Shown: positions 8,558 through 18,986, numbered from the stretch's first letter. The stretch is 23,706 nucleotides of DNA from an uncultured delta proteobacterium (GCA_963803975.1 CAWDOY010000022.1:1-23706), one strand, 5' to 3'. Made by a program: numbers and translations. Notes: generated by a model from the letters alone, not told the origin.

Positions 8558-9010
8558 TTATTTTTTGTCGTCTATCTTGCCGAAAGCAAATTTAGAAATC
8601 AAATCCTCTATATCAACCGGGGGATGGGCTTCCCTTATTTTCCCGTTAGGTTTTATTATTACATCAGATGCACCGGGTAGTACTGCCACGTATTTTTCAC
8701 CAAGAAGTCCCTTTGTTTTAATGGAGAAAATTGAATCGTCCTGCACTTGGACGCCGGCATGTATGTCCATCAGCGCGCGTGCTTTATAATCATTAAGGGT
8801 GAGGCTTTTCACCCGCCCTATTTCTATGCCGGCAATCTCAACCGGCGCACCCACCTTAAGCCCGCCAACATTGGGGAAATCCGCATACACCTGGTATCCC
8901 CGGGAACCTATAATTTCCATCTTTCCAAGCTTTATGGAGAGATATCCAAGGGCAAGAATGCCAGCCATTATAAACAATCCTACCAGCAACTCTAAATCAA
9001 CTCGTCTCAT
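8558..9010 (-). CDS. mlaD: MlaD (MCE domain) protein
   Basis: N-terminal TM (ELLVGLF...), FPNVGGLKVGAPVEIAGIEIGRV, IKTKGLLGEKYV and IEDLISKF. Confidence 0.95.
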   Translation of the reverse strand: MRRVDLELLVGLFIMAGILALGYLSIKLGKMEIIGSRGYQVYADFPNVGGLKVGAPVEIAGIEIGRVKSLTLNDYKARALMDIHAGVQVQDDSIFSIKTKGLLGEKYVAVLPGASDVIIKPNGKIREAHPPVDIEDLISKFAFGKIDDKK

Positions 9011-9021
9011 TACACTACTCC

Positions 9022-9769
9022 CTAAATATATTGTACCGGTCCTGTTGTGTCTCCACGGACAAACTGGTCAAAAATGGGGTTATGCTGCGCCTGTATTCCT
9101 TCCGGGCTGCCCTGCGCTATAATTTCCCCGGAATGGATCATTGCTATCTGCTGGACGATATTAAAAACCTTCGTCACTTCATGAGTGACAATAATACCGG
9201 TAAACTTAAGGCGCTGGTGGCATTGCTGAATATAGTCCAGTATGGTTTGCCCGATTATAGGGTCGAGCCCTGTTGTTGGTTCATCAAAGAGCATGATGGA
9301 TGGGTCCATTGCCAGCGCCCGTGCAAGTGCTGCCCGTTTTCTCATGCCGCCACTAAGCTCTGCCGGGTATTTATGCCCGTCATTCTTGAGACCCATGTGC
9401 TCAAGCTCATGCAGACACCCGTTCTCGAATCTGCGACTCGCGAAGCTTTGTCTTTTCGCGAAGCGGGAAAGAGACATTGTCATAGACGGTGAAAGAATCA
9501 AACAGGGCCCCGCCCTGAAACAGAAAGCCGAACTGCTTTCGTATCTCAACGAGCTGTTTGCCGCGCAAATCGTTAATGTCGACACCGTTTATCAGCACTG
9601 TTCCCTGATCCGGTTTTATCAGACCCACGACATGCTTGAGCAGCACACTTTTGCCAATACCGCTTCTTCCAATGAGCGCAAGCAGCCCGCCATTAGGAAC
9701 GTTCAGGTTTATACCTTTCAATACCGGGGTACCGTTAAAATTCTTATATAGATTCTTAATCTCAATCAT
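9022..9769 (-). CDS. mlaF: MlaF ABC transporter ATP-binding protein (one frameshift near 9415)
   Basis: Walker A GRSGIGKS and FQGGALFDS are in ORF 9407-9769. LSGGMRKR, Walker B MLFDEPTTGLDP and VTH are in ORF 9022-9585. Removing one base gives RERVLHELEHMGL. Confidence 0.93.
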
Positions 9770-9775
9770 TATTAC

Positions 9776-10543
9776 TTAGAACGAAACTGACGTGATAAAG
9801 TAGTCCCACACTAAAATGAGAACAGAGCAGATTACCACAGCCTGCGTGGTTGCCTTGCTCACACCTTTTGCACCAAACTCTGTTGTAAATCCCTTATAAC
9901 AGCAGATCCAGGCTACAATGAGCCCAAAGCTCAGAGACTTGTAGATGCCGTGAAAAACATCCTTGCTTGACAGATACACGGTCATTTCTCCAAAATAAGT
10001 TCCGGAGCTAAGACCAAGAAGTTTAACGCCAACTACATATCCTCCCCATATACCAAGCACATCAAACATGGCTCCCAGCAGCGGAAAGCTCAAAACTGCT
10101 GCAACCACATTAGGTATTACTAAATATCGATACGGGTTGAGGGCCATTACCTCCAGAGCATCGATCTGCTCTGTGATCCGCATAATCCCGATCTCAGAGG
10201 TTAGCGCGGAACCGGCCCGGCCGGTTATCATGAGCGCTGAAATAACCGGCCCGATTTCTCTCACCAGGGATAATGCGACCGTCGGCCCCAGCATGGATTC
10301 ACCGCCGAATTTACTCAGGGCATAAAACCCCTGCAGCCCGAGCACCATGCCGGTAAAGGCTCCGGTAAGCATCACGATAAGGGTTGATTTTACCCCGATA
10401 AAGCTCATCTGCTCGATGACGCGCCCCACTTTGAGCGGAGACGAGAATGTCCAGATGAGGGTTGTAAAGAGAAACAGTCCGTATCTTCCAAGCTGCTGCA
10501 ATCCTGTAAGGGTATACCTGCCTAATGTTCTTATCCAGTTCAT
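9776..10543 (-). CDS. mlaE: MlaE ABC transporter permease
   Basis: REIGPVISALMITGRAGSALTSEIGIMRITEQIDALEVMALNP and GAKGVSKATTQAVV. Confidence 0.96.
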   Translation of the reverse strand: MNWIRTLGRYTLTGLQQLGRYGLFLFTTLIWTFSSPLKVGRVIEQMSFIGVKSTLIVMLTGAFTGMVLGLQGFYALSKFGGESMLGPTVALSLVREIGPVISALMITGRAGSALTSEIGIMRITEQIDALEVMALNPYRYLVIPNVVAAVLSFPLLGAMFDVLGIWGGYVVGVKLLGLSSGTYFGEMTVYLSSKDVFHGIYKSLSFGLIVAWICCYKGFTTEFGAKGVSKATTQAVVICSVLILVWDYFITSVSF

Positions 10544-10816
10544 AATGCGGTAAAAGTTATATTAGTATTGTACATGACAGACAGATAAACGAAATGATAT
10601 TAAAGTAAACCATTCATGGTTTCAACTAAAAACAACGTATAGCCGATAAAAATATATCTGGATGCAAAATTTCCCGCAATTCCTGCACTTGAAAAATTGT
10701 CTCCGGGTATAAATTTAAAATGCTAAAGAAAATATTATAGATTATAGTTGAGCCCATTATACCATATAAACCGGATTTTTGTATAAAAGCAGCATGAAGA
10801 AGGGGCACATATGACG

Positions 10817-10847
10817 ACTATACAACGAATTAGTATCTATTTGTCAA
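10817..10847 (-). promoter_or_regulatory. Candidate sigma-70 promoter toward mlaEFDC
   Basis: Minus strand TTGACA (10847-10842) and TATAGT (10822-10817). The 19-nt spacer is suboptimal. Confidence 0.3.
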
Positions 10848-10899
10848 ACCCTGATGCAGAAGAAAAGTTTACCTGCACAGGTTTTTTTATTTCATTATT

Positions 10900-11055
10900 A
10901 TGGTTATTAGCCTCCTGTCATTCCCGGTATTGGCTCTGAGTATAAAGGCAAGCCCTTCACTCAAAGGTGACTGGCAGCACCTGCAATACAACGTTAATCA
11001 ACAGGGTATTCTTCTGTTTTATATACCAGACAAAGGTGCCGAGGCAGCAGCCTAA
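10900..11055 (+). CDS. Putative small hydrophobic or exported protein (51 aa; possibly 66 aa from ATG 10854)
   Basis: Hand translation MVISLLSFPVLALSIKASPSLKGDWQHLQYNVNQQGILLFYIPDKGAEAAA*. The stop codon sits in the loop of a strong terminator. No homolog recognised. Confidence 0.4.
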   Translation: MVISLLSFPVLALSIKASPSLKGDWQHLQYNVNQQGILLFYIPDKGAEAAA

Positions 11056-11076
11056 CAATGGTTGCTGCCTCTTTTT
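11041..11076 (+). terminator. Intrinsic terminator
   Basis: GAGGCAGCAGCC / GGTTGCTGCCTC 12-bp stem (one G-U), 7-nt loop, then TTTTT. Confidence 0.8.
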
Positions 11077-11135
11077 AAGCGGAGTTGTTAAATTCATGCA
11101 ATTATCTGTTATTGCATCACATTACCAATTAATCC

Positions 11136-11164
11136 TTGACATTTATTTTTGCAAGCGCTATCAA
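11136..11164 (+). promoter_or_regulatory. Candidate sigma-70 promoter of dprA-topA-trmFO
   Basis: Perfect TTGACA (11136-11141), 17-nt spacer, weak -10 TATCAA. Confidence 0.35.
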
Positions 11165-11269
11165 ACTCAATCTCATTTTATAACTGGAGCAGCAGAATAT
11201 AAGAGCTGCGAAGTTACGGCGTTACTTTTTTTAAATTCGCCAACGCGTTAACGCTTCACCCTTGAAGAG

Positions 11270-12379
11270 GTGAGTCCGGTGCATGATCTTTACTACTGGA
11301 TTGCCCTGCGTACAGTTTTTGGCATTGGAAATATAAATTACAAGAATCTTATTACTCATTTCGGGCAACCGGAGAACGTCTTTCATGCGCGGCCCGATGA
11401 ACTGGAACAGATTGAAGGGATCCCGGTTAGGGCTATTGCGGCCCTCAGGAATTTCAAACCTGACAAAACAATAGATAAAGAACTTGCTCTCATCGATAAA
11501 CAAGCAGTCACGGTGATTACGCTTAATGATGCAGCGTATCCGGATAGATTAAAAAATATCTATGACCCACCTCCGTTTCTGTATGTCAAGGGGGCTTTCA
11601 GCAGGCATGACGATACTGCGTTTGCGATAGTCGGCTCGCGCAATGCCAGCGAATATGGCATAACTGCAACAGAACGGATTAGCAGGGAACTCGCACTCCA
11701 TGGACTTACCATCGTCAGCGGTATGGCCAGAGGCATCGACTCATGCGCCCACTACGGGGCACTGTCAGCCAAAGGAAGGACTATTGCGGTCCTTGGCTCA
11801 GGCATTGATGTTATCTATCCGCCGGAAAACAGGCGGCTGTATGAATCCATCACCGAGCATGGTGCAGTTATTTCTGAGTTGCCCATGGGCACTAAACCGA
11901 ATGCCTATAACTTTCCTGCCCGTAACCGTATTATCAGCGGGCTGTCCATGGGCGTTCTCGTTGTTGAGGCAAGTCTGCACAGCGGGTCTCTTATAACAGC
12001 ACAACTGGCTCTTGATCAGGGGCGTGATGTATTTGCCGTGCCGGGCAACGTTCACTCCTACAAAAGCAAGGGAACGCACAAGCTGTTGAAAGACGGTGCC
12101 CGACTGGTGGAAAGTGCTCAAGATATACTGGATGAAATCCGAGTCAACGGTTTAGTTACGGCGCCGCGGCAGGAACGGGAGGATATTCATCTTGATTTGA
12201 GCAATGAGCTGCGTTCCGTATATACGCTGCTCAGTGAAGAACCGCTCCAGATAGATGAGATAATTTCAAAATCTGGTTTTACCAGCAGTCAGGTTTCAGC
12301 GCTGCTGCTGGAGTTGGAGCTGAACGGACTTATAAAACAGCTCCCGGGGAAACACTTTATAAAAACAATACCCGTTTGA
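11270..12379 (+). CDS. dprA: DNA-processing protein DprA (Smf)
   Basis: YPDRLKNIYDPPPFLYVKG, AIVGSR, IVSGMARGIDSCAH, NFPARNRIISGLS, SGSLITA, GRDVFAVPG and a C-terminal winged helix (LLELELNG..KQLPG). GTG start at 11270 or 11279. Confidence 0.96.
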   Translation: MSPVHDLYYWIALRTVFGIGNINYKNLITHFGQPENVFHARPDELEQIEGIPVRAIAALRNFKPDKTIDKELALIDKQAVTVITLNDAAYPDRLKNIYDPPPFLYVKGAFSRHDDTAFAIVGSRNASEYGITATERISRELALHGLTIVSGMARGIDSCAHYGALSAKGRTIAVLGSGIDVIYPPENRRLYESITEHGAVISELPMGTKPNAYNFPARNRIISGLSMGVLVVEASLHSGSLITAQLALDQGRDVFAVPGNVHSYKSKGTHKLLKDGARLVESAQDILDEIRVNGLVTAPRQEREDIHLDLSNELRSVYTLLSEEPLQIDEIISKSGFTSSQVSALLLELELNGLIKQLPGKHFIKTIPV

Positions 12380-12463
12380 AAGCTCTCAGATGGCAGTTCC
12401 CGGTTTCCGATACCTATGCCGTGTGCTGAAAGCTCACTCTTAATGCGAGGCTAATAAATCCCT

Positions 12464-14785
12464 ATGGCAAAATCTCTCGTCATTGTCGAATCACCCACCA
12501 AAGCAAAAACTATTTCACGATTTCTGGGCAAGGACTTTGAAGTTCATGCGTGTCTGGGACATATCCGCGCGCTCCCCAGCAAGCAGGGCTCAGTAGACAT
12601 CGAGCACGACTTTGAGCCAAAGTATGAAATACTTCCCCAGAGCAAGAAATATCTGAAAGAGATATCCAAATCTCTTAAGCACTGCTCCACTATCTATCTT
12701 GCAACAGACCTTGATCGGGAGGGAGAGGCAATTGCCTGGCATCTTCTGTCAGCGTTGAAGCTTACCGCTGATGCAACGGGTGACAGCGCCACAGCTAAAA
12801 ATAAGAGTTACGAAATACAGCGGATTACGTTTCATGAAATCACCAAAGACGCGATAGATGAGGCGCTGAAGAATCCCCGCAGCATCTTTAAAACTCTGGT
12901 AGATGCCCAGCAGGCCCGTGTCGTGCTCGACTATCTGTTCGGGTTCAACCTGAGCCCCTTCCTCTGGAAAAAAATCCGCTACGGTCTGTCAGCCGGCCGC
13001 GTGCAGTCCGTTGCCCTGAGGATCATCTGCGAGCGGGAACGGGAGATCCGGGCATTTCAGGCAGAAGAGTACTGGAGCATTAAGGCCCAGTTATCGCCGG
13101 CGGCAGATAAAGAATCTGCTTACTCCTTCGCTTCCCAGCTCATTCAGATGAACGGACAGAAGCTTGATAAAATGTCCATTGGAACTGAGCAGCAGGCCCG
13201 GGAGATAGTCCAGAGCCTGCATGGCGCTCGGTACCGGGTAGATAAAATTCAGAAGAAGGAGATTAAAAGAAATCCCTCTCCGCCCTTTACCACCAGCACC
13301 CTGCAGCAGGAGGCTGCCCGGAAGCTTGGCTTCTCGGCAAAAAGGACCATGTCGGTAGCCCAGCGGCTCTATGAGGGAATCGATACGGGAAAAGGCACCA
13401 TGGGTCTTATCACGTACATGCGGACTGACAGCGTACACCTGGCACCGGGCGCTGAGAAAGACATCCATGCTGCAATCGTAAAATTGTACGGAAATGAGTT
13501 CGCACTGCAAGCACCGCGCGTTTTTCAGCAGAAATCAAGGAATGTGCAGGAGGCGCATGAAGCAATCCGTCCCACAGACTTCTCCCAGATACCTGAAACC
13601 ATACAGAATGCGCTCAAGCCTGATGAGTTTAAGCTCTATGATCTGATCTGGAAGCGCTCATTAGCCTGCCAGATGGCCCAGGCAGTTTTAGACCAGACCT
13701 CGGTGGATATCACGGCACAGGACGTCTTTATCTTCAGGGCTACCGGCTCAACCGTCAGGTTTCCCGGTTTCATGCAGGTCTACATCGAAGGCAGGGATGA
13801 AGAAAACGGCAATGGAGAAGGCCTGCTGCCACCGCTTCAGGAAGGACAGGAGCTTAATCTTCTGGAACTTGTCCCGGAGCAGCATTTCACCCAGCCTCCT
13901 CCCCGCTATACCGAAGCATCCCTGGTTAAAGCGCTGGAGGAATATGGCATCGGTCGGCCATCAACCTATGCTACCATCATCAGCATCATTCAGGAACGTG
14001 AGTATGTTAAGCTGGTCAATAAGCGTTTCCATCCGGAAGACATCGGCCTTATTGTCAACGACCTCCTGGTCAATCACTTCTCCAAATATGTTGACTATGA
14101 GTTTACCTCCCATCTGGAAGATGAACTTGACGAGATTGCCCGGGGCGAAAGCACCTGGAAGCCGGTGGTGCGCAATTTCTGGGAACCGTTTATTTCCCTC
14201 ATCAGGCAGAAGGAACAGGAGATACAGAAGTCTGACGTGACAACTGAAAAAACCGAGGAGTCCTGTCCAACCTGCGGAAAACCGCTGGTAATAAAACTGG
14301 GCAGGTTTGGTCGGTTCTATGCCTGCAGCGGCTACCCGGAATGCACGTATAAAAAATCCCTGAAAAATAATGGTGACGCTGCCTCGGCTGAACCGAAACT
14401 GACCGAGGAAAAATGTGAATTATGCGGCCAGCCCCTGGTGATAAAGGAGGGGCGGTACGGGGCATTTCTCGGCTGTTCGGCATATCCTGCCTGCAAATAC
14501 ATCCGCTCACTCAACAAGCCGGTGTCCCTTGAAATAAACTGTCCCCAATGCGGACAGGGAAAAGTGCAGGAAAAGAAGAGCCGCAGGGGCAAAATATTTT
14601 ACAGCTGCGCAACGTATCCTAAATGCTCGTTTGCCTCCTGGGACAAGCCGATTGACGAAGCCTGTCCGCAGTGCGGATCACCCTATCTTGTGGAAAAAAA
14701 ATCCAAACGGGATGGCATGACCGTTAAGTGTCCTGATAAAGAGTGCAAATACAAAAGATCCATAGATGAACCGGGCGAAACGTAA
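12464..14785 (+). CDS. topA: DNA topoisomerase I (type IA) with four C-terminal C4 zinc ribbons
   Basis: LVIVESPTKAKTI, ATDLDREGEAI, SAGRVQS, active-site LITYMRTDS, QEAHEAIRPT, GIGRPSTYA and four CxxC...C..C modules. Confidence 0.98.
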   Translation: MAKSLVIVESPTKAKTISRFLGKDFEVHACLGHIRALPSKQGSVDIEHDFEPKYEILPQSKKYLKEISKSLKHCSTIYLATDLDREGEAIAWHLLSALKLTADATGDSATAKNKSYEIQRITFHEITKDAIDEALKNPRSIFKTLVDAQQARVVLDYLFGFNLSPFLWKKIRYGLSAGRVQSVALRIICEREREIRAFQAEEYWSIKAQLSPAADKESAYSFASQLIQMNGQKLDKMSIGTEQQAREIVQSLHGARYRVDKIQKKEIKRNPSPPFTTSTLQQEAARKLGFSAKRTMSVAQRLYEGIDTGKGTMGLITYMRTDSVHLAPGAEKDIHAAIVKLYGNEFALQAPRVFQQKSRNVQEAHEAIRPTDFSQIPETIQNALKPDEFKLYDLIWKRSLACQMAQAVLDQTSVDITAQDVFIFRATGSTVRFPGFMQVYIEGRDEENGNGEGLLPPLQEGQELNLLELVPEQHFTQPPPRYTEASLVKALEEYGIGRPSTYATIISIIQEREYVKLVNKRFHPEDIGLIVNDLLVNHFSKYVDYEFTSHLEDELDEIARGESTWKPVVRNFWEPFISLIRQKEQEIQKSDVTTEKTEESCPTCGKPLVIKLGRFGRFYACSGYPECTYKKSLKNNGDAASAEPKLTEEKCELCGQPLVIKEGRYGAFLGCSAYPACKYIRSLNKPVSLEINCPQCGQGKVQEKKSRRGKIFYSCATYPKCSFASWDKPIDEACPQCGSPYLVEKKSKRDGMTVKCPDKECKYKRSIDEPGET

Positions 14786-14898
14786 TCGGCGTTATGGAGT
14801 GGTGGAGATAGGGAGTTTGGGAGTGGTAGCTTGTTACCCTGCGACTTCTCAACTCCGCAACATCCAAACTCCGTAACTCTCCAACTCTTAAACTCGGT
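14786..14898. repeat. Inverted pair of 8-nt tandem arrays
   Basis: GGAG recurs at 14796, 14804, 14812 and 14820. AAC(TC) recurs at 14851, 14859, 14867, 14875, 14883 and 14891. The two arms are complementary (GGAGTT / AACTCC). Confidence 0.85.
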
Positions 14899-14908
14899 TT
14901 TTCTCCCC

Positions 14909-16234
14909 GTGAATCACTCCTCACACGTAATCCACATCATTGGTGCCGGTCTTGCCGGGTGTGAAGCTGCCTGGCAGGCTGCCCGCAGCGGCTGCCGCGT
15001 AGCCCTGTATGAAATGAAGCCCCTTCACTTTTCTCCGGCACATACATCCCCGGACCTGGCCGAACTGGTGTGCAGCAATTCTTTTAAGTCAAATGATCGG
15101 GCCAATGCCAGCGGCCTGCTGAAGGAGGAGATGCGCTGCAGCGGGTCGCTGATAGTCGCGACAGCTGATGGTCACCGGATTCCTGCAGGCAATGCGCTGG
15201 CAGTTGATCGCACGCAATTTTCCCATACCATAACTGAGACTCTTCTACAGGAACAGAATATAACCATCATCCGCAAAGAGGTGACCGAACTGCCTGCTGA
15301 AGATATAGTCATCATAGCAACCGGGCCGCTCACTGCAGACGCATTTGCAGAACATCTTAACCAGCTCATCGGGCATGATTTCCTTTTCTTCCACGACGCC
15401 ATTGCCCCCATCATTGAAGCCGACTCTATAGATTTGGCAGCTGCGTTCAGGGCATCCCGCTATAATAAAGGCGCTGCAGACTATATTAACTGTCCGCTCT
15501 CACAGGAAGAGTACTATCGTTTTGTCAATGAACTGCTCGCTGCAGAAAAAATGCCGCTCAGAGAATTCGAAACACTGGTGCCCTACGAGGGGTGCATGCC
15601 CCTTGAAGTAATGGCATCCCGCGGAATAGAAACACTTGCTTTTGGCCCTATGAAGCCCGTAGGCCTGGTTGACCCGCATACCGGCAAACAGCCGTATGCA
15701 GTCGTGCAACTGCGCCAGGAAAATGAAGCGGGAACACTGTATAACATGGTTGGTTTTCAAACCCGTCTTAAATGGCCGCAGCAGAAGCGGGTTTTTTCTA
15801 TGCTGCCAGGATTAGCCCAGGCAGTTTTTGCCCGTTACGGAAGCCTCCACAGAAATACCTACATTCACGCTCCTTCCCTGCTCCTGAAAACGCTCCAGTT
15901 AAAAAAGAATCCGCGCATTTTTTTTGCAGGCCAGATAACCGGAGTTGAAGGATATATAGAATCTGCTGCTATGGGTCTTGTGGCAGGCATCCAGGCAAGC
16001 CGATTTGCCAGAGGTGAAAATCCAATAACTCCTCCGCAGACCACTCTGATAGGAGCTTTGCTTGCATACATAACCAGCCCCTTTTCCGCAAGCTTTCAGC
16101 CTATGAATGCTAATTTCGGCATCCTCCCTTCTCTTGAGGTGCCGGTGGGTAAAAAAGACCGTAAAATAAAATATGCAGAGCGGGCGCTGACGGCTATCAA
16201 AGAGTGGCAGGAACGTCTCATGCATGAACGATAA
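14909..16234 (+). CDS. trmFO: Methylenetetrahydrofolate-tRNA (uracil-5)-methyltransferase TrmFO (Gid)
   Basis: IIGAGLAGCEAAWQ, AELVCSNS, ALAVDR, FGPMKPVGL, YNMVGFQTRLK, FFAGQITGVEGYIESAA and FQPMNANFG. Start placed at GTG 14909 because the longer ORF runs through the repeat. Confidence 0.96.
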   Translation: MNHSSHVIHIIGAGLAGCEAAWQAARSGCRVALYEMKPLHFSPAHTSPDLAELVCSNSFKSNDRANASGLLKEEMRCSGSLIVATADGHRIPAGNALAVDRTQFSHTITETLLQEQNITIIRKEVTELPAEDIVIIATGPLTADAFAEHLNQLIGHDFLFFHDAIAPIIEADSIDLAAAFRASRYNKGAADYINCPLSQEEYYRFVNELLAAEKMPLREFETLVPYEGCMPLEVMASRGIETLAFGPMKPVGLVDPHTGKQPYAVVQLRQENEAGTLYNMVGFQTRLKWPQQKRVFSMLPGLAQAVFARYGSLHRNTYIHAPSLLLKTLQLKKNPRIFFAGQITGVEGYIESAAMGLVAGIQASRFARGENPITPPQTTLIGALLAYITSPFSASFQPMNANFGILPSLEVPVGKKDRKIKYAERALTAIKEWQERLMHER

Positions 16235-16320
16235 ACAGGCAAAGGGGCACAGGGTTTAATGGTTATTTGCTATCGGGCACTTCACCTCTTTCCTTTTCCG
16301 CCGGAATACCAAGCATTGAC

Positions 16321-16349
16321 TTGCTATTTCTCTCACTTGATTGTATTAT
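16321..16349 (+). promoter_or_regulatory. Candidate sigma-70 promoter of the rdgC-like pair and serS
   Basis: TTGCTA (16321-16326), 17-nt spacer, TATTAT (16344-16349), ~30 nt before the start codon. Confidence 0.45.
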
Positions 16350-16378
16350 GTTTCACACTTTTTTTAAGAAAGGATTGT

Positions 16379-17020
16379 ATGGGACTCTATACAGGATCAG
16401 CAAGTTATGTGCGATATAAGGTAGAAGGCGAACTGCATGGCAGCCTGAAGGAGACCGGGTTACTGCGTTTAAAAGAATGTTCTTTCAGGGAACTTGATGA
16501 ACTCAGCGGCAGAGATAGAACAATTGGATGGGTTTCTGTGGAAAACATGGCTTCAATATTCTTTGATGACCTTCATTTTGCAAAAGATCCATACATAGCT
16601 GTTTCTTTACGCATTGATACCCGGCGCATACCTCCGCTTACCTTAAAGGCGGCATTGCTGCGCGAAGAAATGAGCTATAAAAAGCATACGAATAAGGAAC
16701 GGCTGTCAAGAAAAGATAAAGACACGCTCAAAGAACAGGTCAAAAACCGCCTGTTGAAAAAAGCCCTGCCAGTACCGGTGCTGTATGATGTGTGCTGGAA
16801 TACTGCAACGGGAATACTGCTCTTTTTTTCTACCAATAAAAAAGCCAATGCAGAGTTTATGGACTTCTTTTTGTCCACGTTTGAGCTGACACTGACCCCT
16901 TTGTTCCCTTATGAGCTTGCACAGATGGTCGGGGCCGGCAAAAAGGGGAAAATAAGGCTGGAAAACGCTGTGAGCCCTTTTGCTGACAATAGCTGGTCAA
17001 AGATCAAGGCAATAATGTGA
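16379..17020 (+). CDS. RdgC-like recombination-associated protein (N-terminal portion)
   Basis: Start at ATG 16379 after AAGGA. Motifs RTIGWV, SLRIDTRRIPPLTLK, ERLSRKDKDTLKEQVKNRLLKKALP and KANAEFMDFFLSTF resemble the N-terminal half of RdgC. Confidence 0.7.
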   Translation: MGLYTGSASYVRYKVEGELHGSLKETGLLRLKECSFRELDELSGRDRTIGWVSVENMASIFFDDLHFAKDPYIAVSLRIDTRRIPPLTLKAALLREEMSYKKHTNKERLSRKDKDTLKEQVKNRLLKKALPVPVLYDVCWNTATGILLFFSTNKKANAEFMDFFLSTFELTLTPLFPYELAQMVGAGKKGKIRLENAVSPFADNSWSKIKAIM

Positions 17021-17073
17021 AGCTTCCGGCACGGAGCGGAGCTTGTGAGCCATTCTCCCGGTAACAATTAGTT

Positions 17074-17592
17074 ATGAGCGCAGATACCGTAAAACAAAAT
17101 AATCAACTGGGCAGAGATTTTATCACCTACCTCTGTTATAAAAGTGATGAAAATGAAGGATTGTTTGAGATCGCAGGCGCAAAGCGACTTCATCTGTGGG
17201 TTGGTGATAAAGTTATCCTGGCAGATGACAACACCCCGCCCAATAGTATTATCTATTCCGGGGAATATTTTACCGGCGCTGATTTAAAACAGGCCATCAG
17301 ATCCGGCAAAAGGGTCAGCGAAGCACAGTTCAAGATAGAAACAGATGAAACGGCCGGCACTTTTATGATCCGCGGAGAGCGGTTTGACATTGTTAACCTC
17401 CGCATCCATTCATCAGATTCGGGTGCAGATGATAGCGAGGCGCAGTTCTACTCCCGGATGCACGGCATGGAGCAGATTAATTCAATTCTGGATGAGCTGT
17501 ATTATCAATTTCTCAGGGATATAAGCGGACAAAGCTGGGAACATGAAGGGTATAAAAAGTTTCAGATTTGGCTTAACGAAAAAGCTGCATAG
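17074..17592 (+). CDS. Conserved hypothetical protein resembling the RdgC C-terminal portion
   Basis: LGRDFITYLCYKS and DLKQAIRSGKRVSEAQFKIE resemble the LGREFLTWLW and A...GK.V motifs of the partner gene I recall following rdgC-like genes in deltaproteobacteria. Confidence 0.55.
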   Translation: MSADTVKQNNQLGRDFITYLCYKSDENEGLFEIAGAKRLHLWVGDKVILADDNTPPNSIIYSGEYFTGADLKQAIRSGKRVSEAQFKIETDETAGTFMIRGERFDIVNLRIHSSDSGADDSEAQFYSRMHGMEQINSILDELYYQFLRDISGQSWEHEGYKKFQIWLNEKAA

Positions 17593-17613
17593 ATAAGACG
17601 CGAAGGAAGACAC

Positions 17614-18890
<1,277 letters not shown>

Positions 18891-18986
18891 TGTGGTCAAT
18901 AGGTGAATTTTAGCAATAGATACTTGTTGCAATATCCCGTTCGTCTGTTCACCGGTAATCTCCTCACCGTTTTGCAAACTCGAACC

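Noticed and set aside
8990..9010. Twin-arginine signal in MlaD (MRRVDL), given the nearby tatA
   Set aside because: It lacks the S/T-R-R-x-F-L-K context. Basic residues before the uncleaved TM anchor are normal for MlaD.
10940..11076. Riboswitch (c-di-GMP-I or SAM-I) or tmRNA tag before the terminator
   Set aside because: Only scattered words match (GGCAA, GACTGGC, GGTGCC, an Ala-Ala-Ala-stop). The conserved cores and the tRNA-like tmRNA ends are missing.
10626..11251. ORFs 10626-10808 (-) and 10967-11251 (+)
   Set aside because: No recognisable motifs or RBS. The second runs through a terminator and a candidate promoter.
14786..14898. CRISPR array
   Set aside because: The units are 8 nt with no spacers, and there are no cas genes.
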